From Lingula anatina (Eukaryota; Animalia; Brachiopoda), in contig CM120642.1 of the NCBI GenBank assembly GCA_051362555.1, positions 12,400,001-12,464,000 of the forward strand: a stretch of 64,000 bases of DNA. The letters run 5' to 3'. A program made the translations under genes and the position numbers. A model generated the notes under the pieces. It saw only the letters and a program-made list of their open reading frames with translations. It did no database searches and was not told where the DNA came from. Positions 47,201 to 58,828 of this stretch are shown here, piece after piece (position 1 is the stretch's first letter; each line of letters begins with the position of its first letter).

Positions 47201-49361
47201 GGACTTCTCGTTTATAAGCAGACACTGTTTCTTTTTAATGAAAACATTATGATCAAACATCTATTAAAATATCATAGTGAAATATCCATTTTAAAATATC
47301 ATGGTGAAAAAATAATGAAAGCATGATGGTAAAATATTATCTATCTACAACAATATAGAGAGCCTGAAGAAAACTGTGGGTAAATGAACCATAAATATTT
47401 GTCAGGTTTGTTTCATACCAACATCTCCATGAATTTCGAGTTGTCTCTTTATTATCACCATTTTGCATCCACTCTTTGGTTATGAACTTTCACATCATTA
47501 CTTATCTTAATCTCATGCCACTCATAAATTTCTAACACAAGGTTTTCCAAGTCTTTTCTGATGTCAATATCTCACAGCTACCACTCGAGAAATACTTTGA
47601 GCATTTAAGCACTGACGGTGGCTTTGAATATTTGTAACATGATTAAGTTTCCCAGTTTAATATATAACAAATCCCCTTCCTTTAACTTTTCATTTCCTTT
47701 CTGCCATTTAAAACTCTAGGAAACAGATACCTCACCCAGATTTTAACTAAATGCTGCTGTCATCTCCCATGCATATATAATATGGAACACAGAGAGTAGG
47801 TCCCTTCAGATTTGAATGGCTTTTCAAATGACATTTCAGATCATACAGTTCCTTTCTGCACAGATCTTTGGAGTGCTGCACCGTTTGTCTGATTTCCGTC
47901 TCACTGATCAGCTTGATTGATTCAGGTGTCCAAAGACAATATGCAGTCCTATGGGAAAGAGAGAGTTGAAATCTGCTGTTTTCTGATAACGTGTGGAATA
48001 ATGTTTTTCGTCAAAAGGCAACAGAAAAGATGCTACTCACTATCAGGATTGTTGCCAGAAATTTTAAAAAGAGGTGCTGTGGCGATGGTATTTCTTTATT
48101 TCTTTGAAAAAGAAGTCCTTTTTACCAAGAAACCTGCATGTGTTCAAATTCAAAGATCAAATTTTGATTAAGCACAAACTTTTATTTTTTGGCTTAAAAG
48201 ACAATTATTTTGAACCTGCATTAGCATGAGTCTTGATTCTATAAAATGCGAAGAAACAAAAATACAATAAGTATCTGATAATAAACACTCCACATCCTCT
48301 TTTCATTTTACAGTAAACACCACAGAGCAAGAGTATTAGTATGCATCCCAGTGTCTACTACTCGGTCTGCACAGTAAATAGGATTGATGATGCTACCAAA
48401 TAAAAATTTCATTCTCCACATACAGCATATCTATTCCTTTCATCAAGACTTTTTTTTACCTTATATTCATTCATTCTTTAAATGATTATGATGCTACTGT
48501 CACAAAGAAAACAACAAGAGATCTCATCGGCACTGAACAAATGCATGTTTTTCATAATAGTAAACCCCAAAAGTTCCAGGATACCAAAAAGAGAGAGAGA
48601 GGAACAGAAACAAAATGGTCTTTGTATGTATTCATTTGTTTTATTACTTCTTTTTTTTTTTAATCAATTTATCTAGATCAATTTTACTATTTTTTCCATC
48701 AGACCCCAAAAAAAACAGAAAAAAATTCTGAGATATGCTGTTACAGGCTTCAAAATGTCTTTTCTCCCTTTTTTGAGAAGGTGGAAGGGATTGATCGAGC
48801 AAACAGGTTTAAAATACATTTTAAAGTAAAGCAGATATTTTAATGTGAAATTCTTACTCACTATCTTCTGCTCTACCAAAACAGAGTGCTGTAATATCAC
48901 TGGTTTTCTTACCACACAACCCATTATTACCGCAGGAGCTGGACTCATAAATTCTTTTTAAATTTTATTTAGTATTTTTATGTTACTACCTCTCTGCTGA
49001 TTTTGAATACAGATATGACAAAACATTCTAAGTCTCCGAATCCCATATTTATCTTCGTCACAAGGATGCTAAATGTACAGTGGCATTGCATAAAGTTCAC
49101 GCAGCCCACGGTACACTTGAAAATACAATTAGACTGGTTGTTATAGCATTAGTCGGACGAAATAAATGGGATATACGTAAAGCCACATTAATATCAAATA
49201 ACCAGGTTAAGGTTCCATTCCAAATGCAGTGCAAAGGAGGACCCATTTCTGAGTTTACTTGTCAGCACCGGCGACACGCGAAAAAAAGTATACCCAAGAC
49301 AAAAAAAAAAAAGCAAGCTGTATCCTATCAGGACAAACAAAACAAATTGGCCAAAACCTAC

Positions 49362-49534
49362 CTTTTTCACAAAGTTAACCCAAGTCTGGAATCAAAACGT
49401 AAAGTTCAGGAGAAAAATTATTGCCGATTTGTACTCGTGCCTCTCAATCTCAGATTTGTGTTTGTGCACATAGTTTGATGACGTTGTCTTCGTCACGTGA
49501 TACGCAATCCTCTGCAGTTTTCACAGGAAGAGTG
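49362..49534. promoter_or_regulatory. Probable compact bidirectional promoter between FRMPD4-like (minus) and SCOC (plus)
   Basis: Divergent donors: minus AAG|GTAGGT at 49362 and plus GTG|GTAAGG at 49534; locally CpG-rich; TGACGT at 49479-49484 and E-box GTCACGTGAT at 49492-49501. Confidence 0.55.
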
Positions 49535-49791
49535 GTAAGGTTTTGTATAAAATTGACAAAATTCGAAGTATTTACTTGATATTGTAGGTGTATATTGAAG
49601 GCTAATATACCTGAGACCAGGTATACTTAATATTCACGTTAATATTCCAGTGAAGTTCCGTTATACTTAAGTGTAGACTGAGATAATTTTTTCAGATCTA
49701 CACAAATGATATGCGATCGATGCTTGTTTGAGGAGTGAATCACTGAAGAGATATATACTGGTTTGGATACATAGAAGACAGAGAAGATACA

Positions 49792-51325
49792 ATGTCTGCC
49801 TTCGAGAAAGAAAACCTACACAGTGTGCCACTCTCAAGTGATAGTGAATCAGGTACCTTAAATACATGGTGTGGCGTCACTATTAATTGTCAATAACCGC
49901 ACAGTAGTGTAGTCTAGATCAGTTAGTTAGAATTTAAATTGCATATTTTAAAACACTCCTTTTCAGTCCAGCCGTTCGGTTGCTTATGAGCAAGTATTCC
50001 CAGGTGTTTTTTCATTATATGCAAAAATACAGAAATACAACTTATTAGGTCAGGGTCATTTTACATTAAATTTTTATGCCATGTAGAACTTTTCATTAAT
50101 GATGAAAGGAAATTAATGTGGAGAATATTACCTCAACCCAACTTACTTAAACTAAATTGATATGAGTGAAGATGTTACAGCTGGAAGTTTTTGTAGAATA
50201 AGCTGTTGCTATAAAACCTATTAGGACAGAAGTGTTTTCACACCCTTAATGGATCATTGGTAAGATATTCTATTAATAATAATTATGATTCCATTGCAGG
50301 TGATGGTGCAATTATTGATAGCAACAAGAGGGACTACCATTCAAGTGGCCTGTCATCAAACAGTAAGTGATTTATCTATCAATGAAATGTTTGAGACAAA
50401 ACACTTGTCTTCAGAGCGATATACTAGTATTCCAGAACACTTCAAGCATCTGCAAGAGATGTTCCAAGGCATACAATGCAAGGAGATGACACTCTCCTGA
50501 ATGCTTAGCTTGTAACCTATTGTTGTCGCAATGAAAGTTTTCTCTATTGAGGGGGAGGGGGTGTATCTCACCTCCCCAGATATGATTTATGTTTTGTGAG
50601 AGCAGTGGGATGCTTATACTTTCACAAGGTCTTTTTTTTTGCCTTTGAAAGAATTTCCAAGATCATTTTTTATTACAGAATATAGGAATTTCAACATGCA
50701 AAGGTGCTATTGACACCCAGTGATGTCACTTGCAAAAGTCTTATAGTGGCCATTTAAACATTATATTTGTAATCCCTGATGAATTCTTTCTATTTCAGGT
50801 CTTGATCCAGACATAAATCCAGATGAGGAAGAGGAGAAACAACGTCTTATTACACAGGTGCTGGAATTACAGAATACTCTTGATGGTAAGAAGACATATA
50901 TTATAAACTTGTAATAAATGCATTATTTCATTAAGATGCATTTATCAAATCTCAAAAGGGTTGTTGTATTGCTTGTTTTAATTATTGCTTTAGGATGTTA
51001 CATGGTTTCTCTGTTTTGAATTTAATTACTGATTTTATGAAAAATTTGGCATCTTTTGAAAAAGTAAATGGAAGCACACTACCTGTTACCACTGCAGTAC
51101 GAAACCTTTCTTACTGGTATTTCTTTCTATGTTATTATTATTATTATGTGGGGAAATCAAGAGGTGGTGTTATATATTGTAGATCTGTCATGCAGAGTAG
51201 ACTCAGTAAAGGAGGAGAACATGAAACTCAAGTCAGAGAACCAGGTGCTGGGCCAGTACATAGAGAACTTGATGGCTGCCAGCAGTGTGTTCCAGTCAAC
51301 ATCTCCTAAGTCGAAGAAGAAGTAG
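49792..51325 (+). CDS. SCOC: Short coiled-coil protein (SCOC/UNC-69 homolog), about 117 aa, 4 coding exons
   Basis: Exons 49792-49852, 50300-50362, 50799-50885, 51183-51325, all joined by phase-1 introns. The C-terminus [66 protein letters not shown] is the SCOC signature; the two N-terminal exons are inferred from phase and splice sites and are less certain. Confidence 0.93.
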
Positions 51326-51789
51326 AATCAAAACTGGTGTGTTCATGGTCAGGCTAAGGGTCCTTTTAAACTGTATTTATCTAACTTACATCATTATAAC
51401 TCTTTCCTAAATTATGTGTCAGATAAATGGAATAGGTCAAATCCCTTATAGTGGTCAAAAATTGGATGTGATTTATGGTAAAAATGAGATTTTTCAGTTT
51501 TTTGTACCTATTTTGCCTGCTCTTGATTGTGTTGTTCACTGAATGTGTTGATATCAGTGCTTCTGAGAATTTCATTTGATCAGTGAAATGGAATCATTTC
51601 TGTAGCAGATCTTTTCTGAAATTTAGCAAGGACTTTCAAGGCTGACTGAATCTGACAAGGATAACATGAAAGAATCGTATGTATCCTTAAAGAATAAACT
51701 CTATGTGCAATAGCAAGGGCATGATCGTGGTGAAAAACCAAAACATTTTTCTTTTCAAGTGGATCATTACACAAATCCAAAAGAGTAGG

Positions 51790-52350
51790 TTTTTTATGTA
51801 CAGACACAGATGTGTCTGTACACAGATGTGTCTGTACATATTGCCATCACCTGAGTCTGTCGTCGCCGTCGCCATCACAGTGCACTCTCAGCATAAACAC
51901 GATAAGTGGAAGACAGTTTTACTTTTGGGCTTAATATTTACAGAGCTGATGGATATTCATAAAAGGCAGGTCAAGTTAAAAAATCAGCATGTTCAGGCCA
52001 TTATTGTAGAAGTAATGCTGTTTTCTCTTTTTTCAGCATATATGCAACACTGTAAACACATTTCAAGGAAAACCGATAGGCCTGTTGTCATGAAACTCAC
52101 AGGAGTAATCAATCTTACTAAAATGCAGGTCAAGTTCGAAAATCGGCATGATTGGTCCACTATTTTAGTAGTTATGCTGTTTTTTTCATATTTTCAGCAT
52201 ACATGCAACACTGTAAACACAATATAAGAAAAACAGGCCTATTGTCACTAAACTCAAAGGAATGGTCAGTCTTACTAAAATGCAGGTTGAGTTAGAAGTG
52301 TTTCAAAGTGTGAACTTGAACTCCCATGGGCCTGAAGCCTTATGCTTGTT
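51790..52350 (+). mobile_element. Helentron-associated (HINE/DINE-1/pearl-like) non-autonomous element with internal tandem repeats, downstream of the SCOC stop
   Basis: T-run plus terminal hairpin TGTACAGACAC-AGAT-GTGTCTGTACA, then a GTC-type microsatellite, about 2.5 units of about 158 bp (GCAGGTYRAGTT at 51966, 52125, 52282) and a 3' CCCATGGG...CTTGTT end. Confidence 0.6.
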
Positions 52351-53662
52351 ACACATTTTACTAACATTGGTATTACCTGTTGAGCATAATTAAGATTTGA
52401 TGTTGAATTTGCAGGTAAGCATAATGTACTTTTGCATCAAAATTGACAGTAGCCTATTTTGTGCATTGTTATTTACTGCTTTTTGTCTGTACATTTGAAA
52501 GCTTTGCTGCCTATTTTTTTTTTTTTTTCTTTTTCCATGTTAACAGGAATCTGAACATGTGCCATTACTAGTGTAAATAAATTGTATTGAATATATTTGC
52601 CAATCAAACCTATAAAATTACATATATGTATTAACATTTTTATGTACAGACAGAATTGACAGATGTGTCTGTACATGAAGCCATTTTGTTACTCATTGGA
52701 CTTCATTATGTGACAGCAAAGGTGTACCCTAATAGAGAAGTTTATTATTATTATTATTATTCAAAGAATGTAATGCTTTTATCGTGGCAGTTTTAAAGTT
52801 TACGTGAAAAATTCTGACTCGGAATAGATATTTTCCTGTGGACATTTTAAAGGTCAGTTCATATTTGCTGGTCAGTAAGCTTGTGTTAATTTTAGTCACC
52901 TTTCTCATTCTGCTGTTTGATGAGATTGCTCCCACAAAAGTTGCAATTTTCTTGATAAGCAAGTATTTAATGGTTTCACACTACACTGGGTTTTTAATTA
53001 TTTTGATTTATCAGGAATTGTAAAAAAATATCTGTGGTATTACCTGAAAATGATTTATTAGCACTTCTAGTTTGAAATATGACCAATTTTATTGGAAAGC
53101 TAATGAAACTGCACAGTCGTGGTTAAAAACAGATCAACCAATAAGCAGCCATTTACTTACAGCAAGTCTTTGCTTTTAGAAGATGCACACAAGTTGAATA
53201 GAATAAGGGGTTAACCTCAGTTTCTCTTGTTTCAGTATGTATATTTGATCCAACCTCTGTGTTCACTGATATTTGTTTTGTAAAATTGAAAAGTTTGCCA
53301 TGTGTACATATTAAGCTAATTTAAAATAAAACAAAGTTTTTGGAAATAAGTTCATTTTCACACCTTGCAGTGGCAATCATTTTTTTTTTCAATACCATTT
53401 AATGTAGCCAGCATAGGTCATACTTTTCCCTTTTGTAGTAAAAGTAAAACATTTGACCTTAAGTCATTTTATGTGGTGCTATGAAAGTGCTTGGAATTAT
53501 GTAGACTTTTCATCATTGTCAGCATTTGTATAATTTTGTATAGTAGTAGATGTAAATCTTGTACGTGTAAAGTTTTTTTATCAAAGTATTAATAAGATTT
53601 CACCATTTCGTTGAGCAATGTAAGAAGCATGCACACAATGTACGTATTTATGAGAAGTAAAA

Positions 53663-53704
53663 AATAAATGTCTTTAAAATGATATATACGACAATATGTT
53701 TATT
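53663..53704. terminator. Convergent poly(A) signals, putatively SCOC (+, AATAAA 53663-53668) and COA5 (-, AATAAA 53699-53704)
   Basis: Two canonical hexamers facing each other, 30 bp apart, between the two stop codons. Confidence 0.4.
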
Positions 53705-54143
53705 CAAAGTGCACAGTTTTCACAATTAATAAGTATGTACAATTACTTGTTCCAGTATGTGCATAACATTCGCAGTAATATATATGGGTACAGTATTTCA
53801 TTACGATGTCACAACCCTCTGCTGGAGCAACAACACAATGCATATCTTTGCATGAGAAAGTCACCATCCTGTTTGACATTGTAGTCTATTTTTAAAAATG
53901 CGGAAAATAATAAATTTACAGAAGTTGGTTTAGAAGATGGCAGCAGGAAATCTGTGAATTCAATTCGCTTATTTCTATTTAACTGCAACCCAGAACATTA
54001 AAACACACTTAAATATTATTAAGTCATTGGCACTGTTTAGTTCGTAACAACGACTATATCTTCATACTGCCTGGAGAGGGAGGGGAGGAAGTCCCTTTAA
54101 AAACATTTTTTCACTATCCTGTATTAAATTAAAATGTATTTGC

Positions 54144-56240
54144 TCAGTAGGCCTTTGGTCCCCTGAACCTATAACGGTTGTCCATCTGTAAATAAAAAAA
54201 ACAATTGCTATTTAGAAAAAAGGTTATTCAAAAGCAGAATACAAAGAGAACATCCTTTATGTTAATGTACAGATGTACACCGTGATAGAAAAATTAGTTT
54301 GTTTTATCACTACAAATTGATGATTTGCAGTGCACACTTTGGGCCATAGAAAATTAAGAAACTGTTTAATTACCACAACTGACCCTACTTTATAGGAAAC
54401 ATTTTCCACGCCTACTTTATAATAGATCCACATATTTTGAAACTCCTACCGAGTTGTGACCAAGTCTGTCAGAGTGAACAGAGTGATCTACTTTTAGGCA
54501 AAATGTCTACAATTTATTCTTACCAGAGATCGCCTACAATTAAAGAGCGCTTTTGCTATCTCACAACACTCTTTAGGTGCCCTAGACCCATCAACTGTTG
54601 TTCCTTTTAAGCAGTCTTTGGAAGAGTTCTTATACTGAAACACAAACAATCAACAAGTTATTAAATAATGCAGGTCCATTTGCAGGGGAGGAAAGGCATC
54701 TGGGGATAGAAAGAACAGCATTTGGCTGGAAAAGGTCCACACTGCATCAAAATTCAATCTACCTATAGGGTCCACATGCCATTTCACAAGTTGGGTCATC
54801 AAAGGGGAGGGGGGTGTTGGGTAAAAATGCCCCCTTCCATAAAAAAATTTTTCTCTGAAAATGTTGCCTACAGGTAACAGATAACATGATATTAGTGTGT
54901 ACTGTTTGACTGCAGTTCTCACTGCTTCCATTATGTTTATTTCAAGACACTACCTAACACAGGTAAATGCATTAAGTTTGAAACACAAGATGAGTATATG
55001 AAACCCTTCTCGTTACACTTACTAGTATCTTAGTACCAGGGATACTGTTTGATCATATTTTTAACAGATAAATCTTATGAATTAATACTGCCAAAATATT
55101 GTAAGCTTTCACCTGGCGATTCTTGACCCCTGTCAACCATCTTGATATAGTTTTGAATTGCATGCAACCTAAGAGCCAGAGCACAAACTGACGACATACT
55201 TTTATATACCAAGATTGTTACAGAGTTTGGACAAGTGTCAGGAAACAAAGATCAAAGGTTGGTTACTAACACCCTGAGCTTCAGAGCTCACTTGACACTA
55301 ACCTTTTCACTGTAGCCTATCTCCATCGTGTCAAGTAACCTCTGACGAAAATAGTTTGACCTAGTTTATATAAGCCAATCGAATCCAAGTTTCAAAATTT
55401 TTCACCAAAGTTTGGTGAAAACGCTGATTGGTTGACCGTCAATCGGCAATCCTCGGCTGATTCCGCAAGCTCCATACTAACAACAAAGTTATTGTCGAGT
55501 GCGGAGACATCCGAGTAGTTCCGAGTGTATTACCGTACACAAAGAAAGCAAGGCGAGTGACTACGAAAAAGAATGTGTTAAGTTATCTCTTGATTCTTTG
55601 CAAAATATGAGTAAATCGGAATTGAAACCATAGGGTCTAGCAGTTTGAGGCCCTGCATCATTATCTACTGAGAGACCATGTTATTTGCGTGCTGCCCACA
55701 GGTTACGGCAAGTCCCTGATATTCAGCCTTATCTTTGATTGGTCCGGATTTGAACAAAGCGCGCTTTGACTCGTTCGCGTTCATTGGCTAGATCGTTTAA
55801 TGAGCCATTGAGTGCGGGCTTTTAAATTTGATTGGCGGGCGGCGGAGGCAATCGAATCTGGTCAGAGGTTACTTGACACGATGAAGATAGGCTACAGTGA
55901 ATAGGTTAGTGTCAAGTTAGCTCTGAAGCTCAGGGTGGTTACTAAGAGAAAGATACCAAAGTTCAAAGTTGGTATGAGTTCTGCATTTAGCCATTACAAA
56001 AATTTCCATTGGACACCATAAAGAAAACTGTCAATGTAAAAACTGGCAGTATCAGTATCTGTATCTGGGGATGTTCAACATTGTTCAGTCATGTGCACCC
56101 GAGTCCTCTTAAGTAATTTTTTTTCAGCATGGCCCTTCATAAAAACTTACCACAGATACACATTCACAACTTAACAGGCACTGTTTGAGGTCTTCTCGTA
56201 TCACAGCACAAACATGACTGGGTTTTTCACCTTCATTCAT
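54144..56240 (-). CDS. COA5: Cytochrome c oxidase assembly factor 5 (PET191 family, twin CX9C), 80 aa, 3 coding exons
   Basis: Exons 56151-56240 (MNEGEKPSHVCAVIREDLKQCLLSCECVSV), 54524-54634 (YKNSSKDCLKG...KECCEIAKALFNCRRSL) and 54144-54185 (MDNRYRFRGPKAY*); phase-0 GT-AG introns; two CX9C motifs and the PET191 C-terminal RFRGxK motif; probable 5'UTR exon with donor at 56814. Confidence 0.92.
55270..55937. mobile_element. Non-autonomous DNA transposon with 77-bp TIRs and 8-bp TSD, in a COA5 intron
   Basis: TIRs 55270-55346 and 55861-55937 match at 74/77, with CACCCTGAGC...GCTCAGGGTG ends; direct repeat GTTACTAA at 55262-55269 and 55938-55945. Confidence 0.9.
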
Positions 56241-57692
56241 TTTTCTTAATGTGAATAAATTTGTCTTCAGTTACATTCCTCCTGCAAAAAGAAATTCCAA
56301 AGAATTAATGGGTCCCATGTCCCTATGTTGTGTTGATAAAACAACTGTCGCCATGGAATGAAGACAGAACTGTCCATAATAAAAGGATGAAGAGATAATA
56401 TAGGCATTAAACTGACTTACAAGTTCAAATGCCCAAGCTAGGGAGAATTGACAAAAAGCTGAAGAATTTTCGAGTAATGATAAGTCAAACTATTAGTTAG
56501 GTTGCCTCACTTTTCGACCTAACATTTAGTTACAGTTACGTGCTAGCTATTAACCTTGCCTCAGTTTTTTTTTACCTTACAAGTTACAAGCTAGGTTAGT
56601 CGGTACTTGCCGCAGTACAACTACCAATGCAATAGTTTTACTAGAAGTAAAGTCGAAAACTGAGGGCGAATATCTAAGTCATTATCGATCAAAAATACAA
56701 TTTACTGCATAAGTAGATGTATCAAGAGTGTGCCAATCTGGTGTGCTGAGTTTTAAATACAAATAAACAAAGTCTAGAGGAAGGCAATAAAATTGGCTTC
56801 AAACACTTCTCACCAGCCGTCCGTACTCGACCTTAACGGCTTGTTTCCTTAAAATCCGTGCCAGCCATACATCTTATAAGTGTATAATGTGGTACCATTA
56901 TGCTATAAGCATAATAATTATGGTATAAAGAGCAGCTCTTCTCTTTACTTGGGTTTAAAAAAATGGAATATTGATAATAAAAAGGATACAATTAACTTTG
57001 TCATCTTATCTAAGATTTATGGAACTAGTCATAAAAGAAGGTGCGCAGATGTGATGCGCATAACATGATTTTCACGCGACTGGGGCAACAGCTCTAATCA
57101 GTGTTTACCATTGCCTTTTTCTGTTGTTACACACAAGTTTTTAAATAATGCTTATGTAGCTTTTTTCTTTTAATGATGTTTGAACGAGTATCAATTTTTT
57201 TTGTGTTTTACGTATCACTTTAAAATTTTATTTTCAATTTTAATTTTAAAAAATTAATTACCACTTTCGAGCTTTTGTTGTAGGCCTATAGGCCGGCCTG
57301 CTACCGGTGTGACGAAATTGAGGGTCCGTGAAACAGAAAATCCGTCCTCCATTTAATTATAATGGTTAAGGTTAGCCTAGCCTCAGTGGGTCAAAATCAA
57401 CGGCGAGGTTTAGTCCTACCTGTCTTATAAATGCCTCTGTATCATGGGATACAGTTTATGAGCGTGATTGGTTAGCAATCTGGCTAATGAACCTAGAAAT
57501 CACGGAAAACGACTTTAAAATATCAAACTAGTCTACATAACGCAATAAATAAATAAATAAAAATCGGTAAAAATTTTATCACTAATCATCTTAGTAAACC
57601 GTCGGTAAAGAGTGGTATAGGGTGCACCATTGCATGCATCCTCCGTCGCAACTGTATTTTCCGATAGTCAGTAAATACGTCCTCACCATGTG

Positions 57693-57967
57693 CAGGGGCG
57701 GATCCCGGACTATTTGAAGGGGGGGATTCCGCATATGCGAAGCCGACTCTCTCCCCCCCCCCCCCCCCCCCCCCTCCTTCCTTGGCTTGGGGTTCGGAGC
57801 CCGCTAAAGGGTCCCGAAGAATTTTGGTAAGCCTATTTTAGAGGGTAAACGGTGCCAATTGGTACGGTTTAGAATTATGGTTCAGCTAATGGTGTGATTT
57901 TTTTACAGAAATCGAAGTGGGGAGAGGCTAGGGACCCCCTTGACACACACCCCTAAATCCGCCACTG
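57693..57967. mobile_element. MITE with CAGGGGCGGAT-type TIRs (hAT-like)
   Basis: CAGGGGCGGATCC...AAATCCGCCACTG; internal poly-C; TSD not clean. Confidence 0.6.
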
Positions 57968-57989
57968 AATGTGGGTGGAAAAGTGAGAG

Positions 57990-58345
57990 TAGGCCCTATT
58001 CAGTAAGAGAATATATCAACCATTGCTTATCTGCCAGAGAGCATGCGTTTCCTCACAAAACAGTTCGGTTCAATAATGGTTTGGGGTGCACAATGTTTAA
58101 TGGCCAGGGAAACCTCAGCGTACAATGGAATCCTGGACCAACACTTTGCAATAGAGAACATTTTTAGGGACAGGAATCATCGGTTTATTTTTAACGATGA
58201 TAATAGGCCTACTGCACGACATGGTGTCAAAGTATTCCACAAACAAGTGTGATTTCATCAACAAGACACCAAAAGGGAAGACACGCTGACCCAATTCTAA
58301 CACGCAAACCGCATTGAAAACCCATTAGATGTAATTGGAAATCCA
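57990..58345 (+). pseudogene. Degraded Tc1-like DD34E transposase fragment
   Basis: Motifs GSIMVWG, FIFNDDN and (W)P..S....IEN..DVIG appear in the correct order across shifting frames; frameshifts and stops present. Confidence 0.75.
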
Positions 58346-58828
58346 GTAGCTATATAGATGCATTTGACTTGTTTAATAAAAGGTCACCTTATAGGTGCAC
58401 GGTAAAAACTCACATAATCCTGTCTCATTAAACACTGATATTAGCTTTTTCCTTGGAAAAGGACCGATTTTTCTGCTTCTCATGAATCACACGACCCTGC
58501 ACTTGTATCCAATGCTTTATCCGTTTTATTCTGTCTTTAATGATTTGGTTCTAAATGCCTATAAGCAATTAATTAGTAGGATTGCAGGATGTTCTCGACT
58601 TACCACTGTGCCTCCTACTGGTCGTGTTATCTCTGACCTAGCGTGTGGTCAGTGTAATCGATTTTAGCATATTTCTGTGCTTCCACAACATAATTTAACA
58701 AACTGTACCAGATATGCAAGTAGGACGACCCCGCTTTTATCACGATGTCACCTTATTCCATTGACGACATCCCAGTGTTTAAGCCTGTCGGTCGCGTGAG
58801 AAGCTGAAGCTTTCTTGTTGCTGAAGTT

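Noticed and set aside
51703-52227. 174-aa ORF downstream of SCOC
   Set aside because: Lies within the HINE-like tandem repeat; no domain features.
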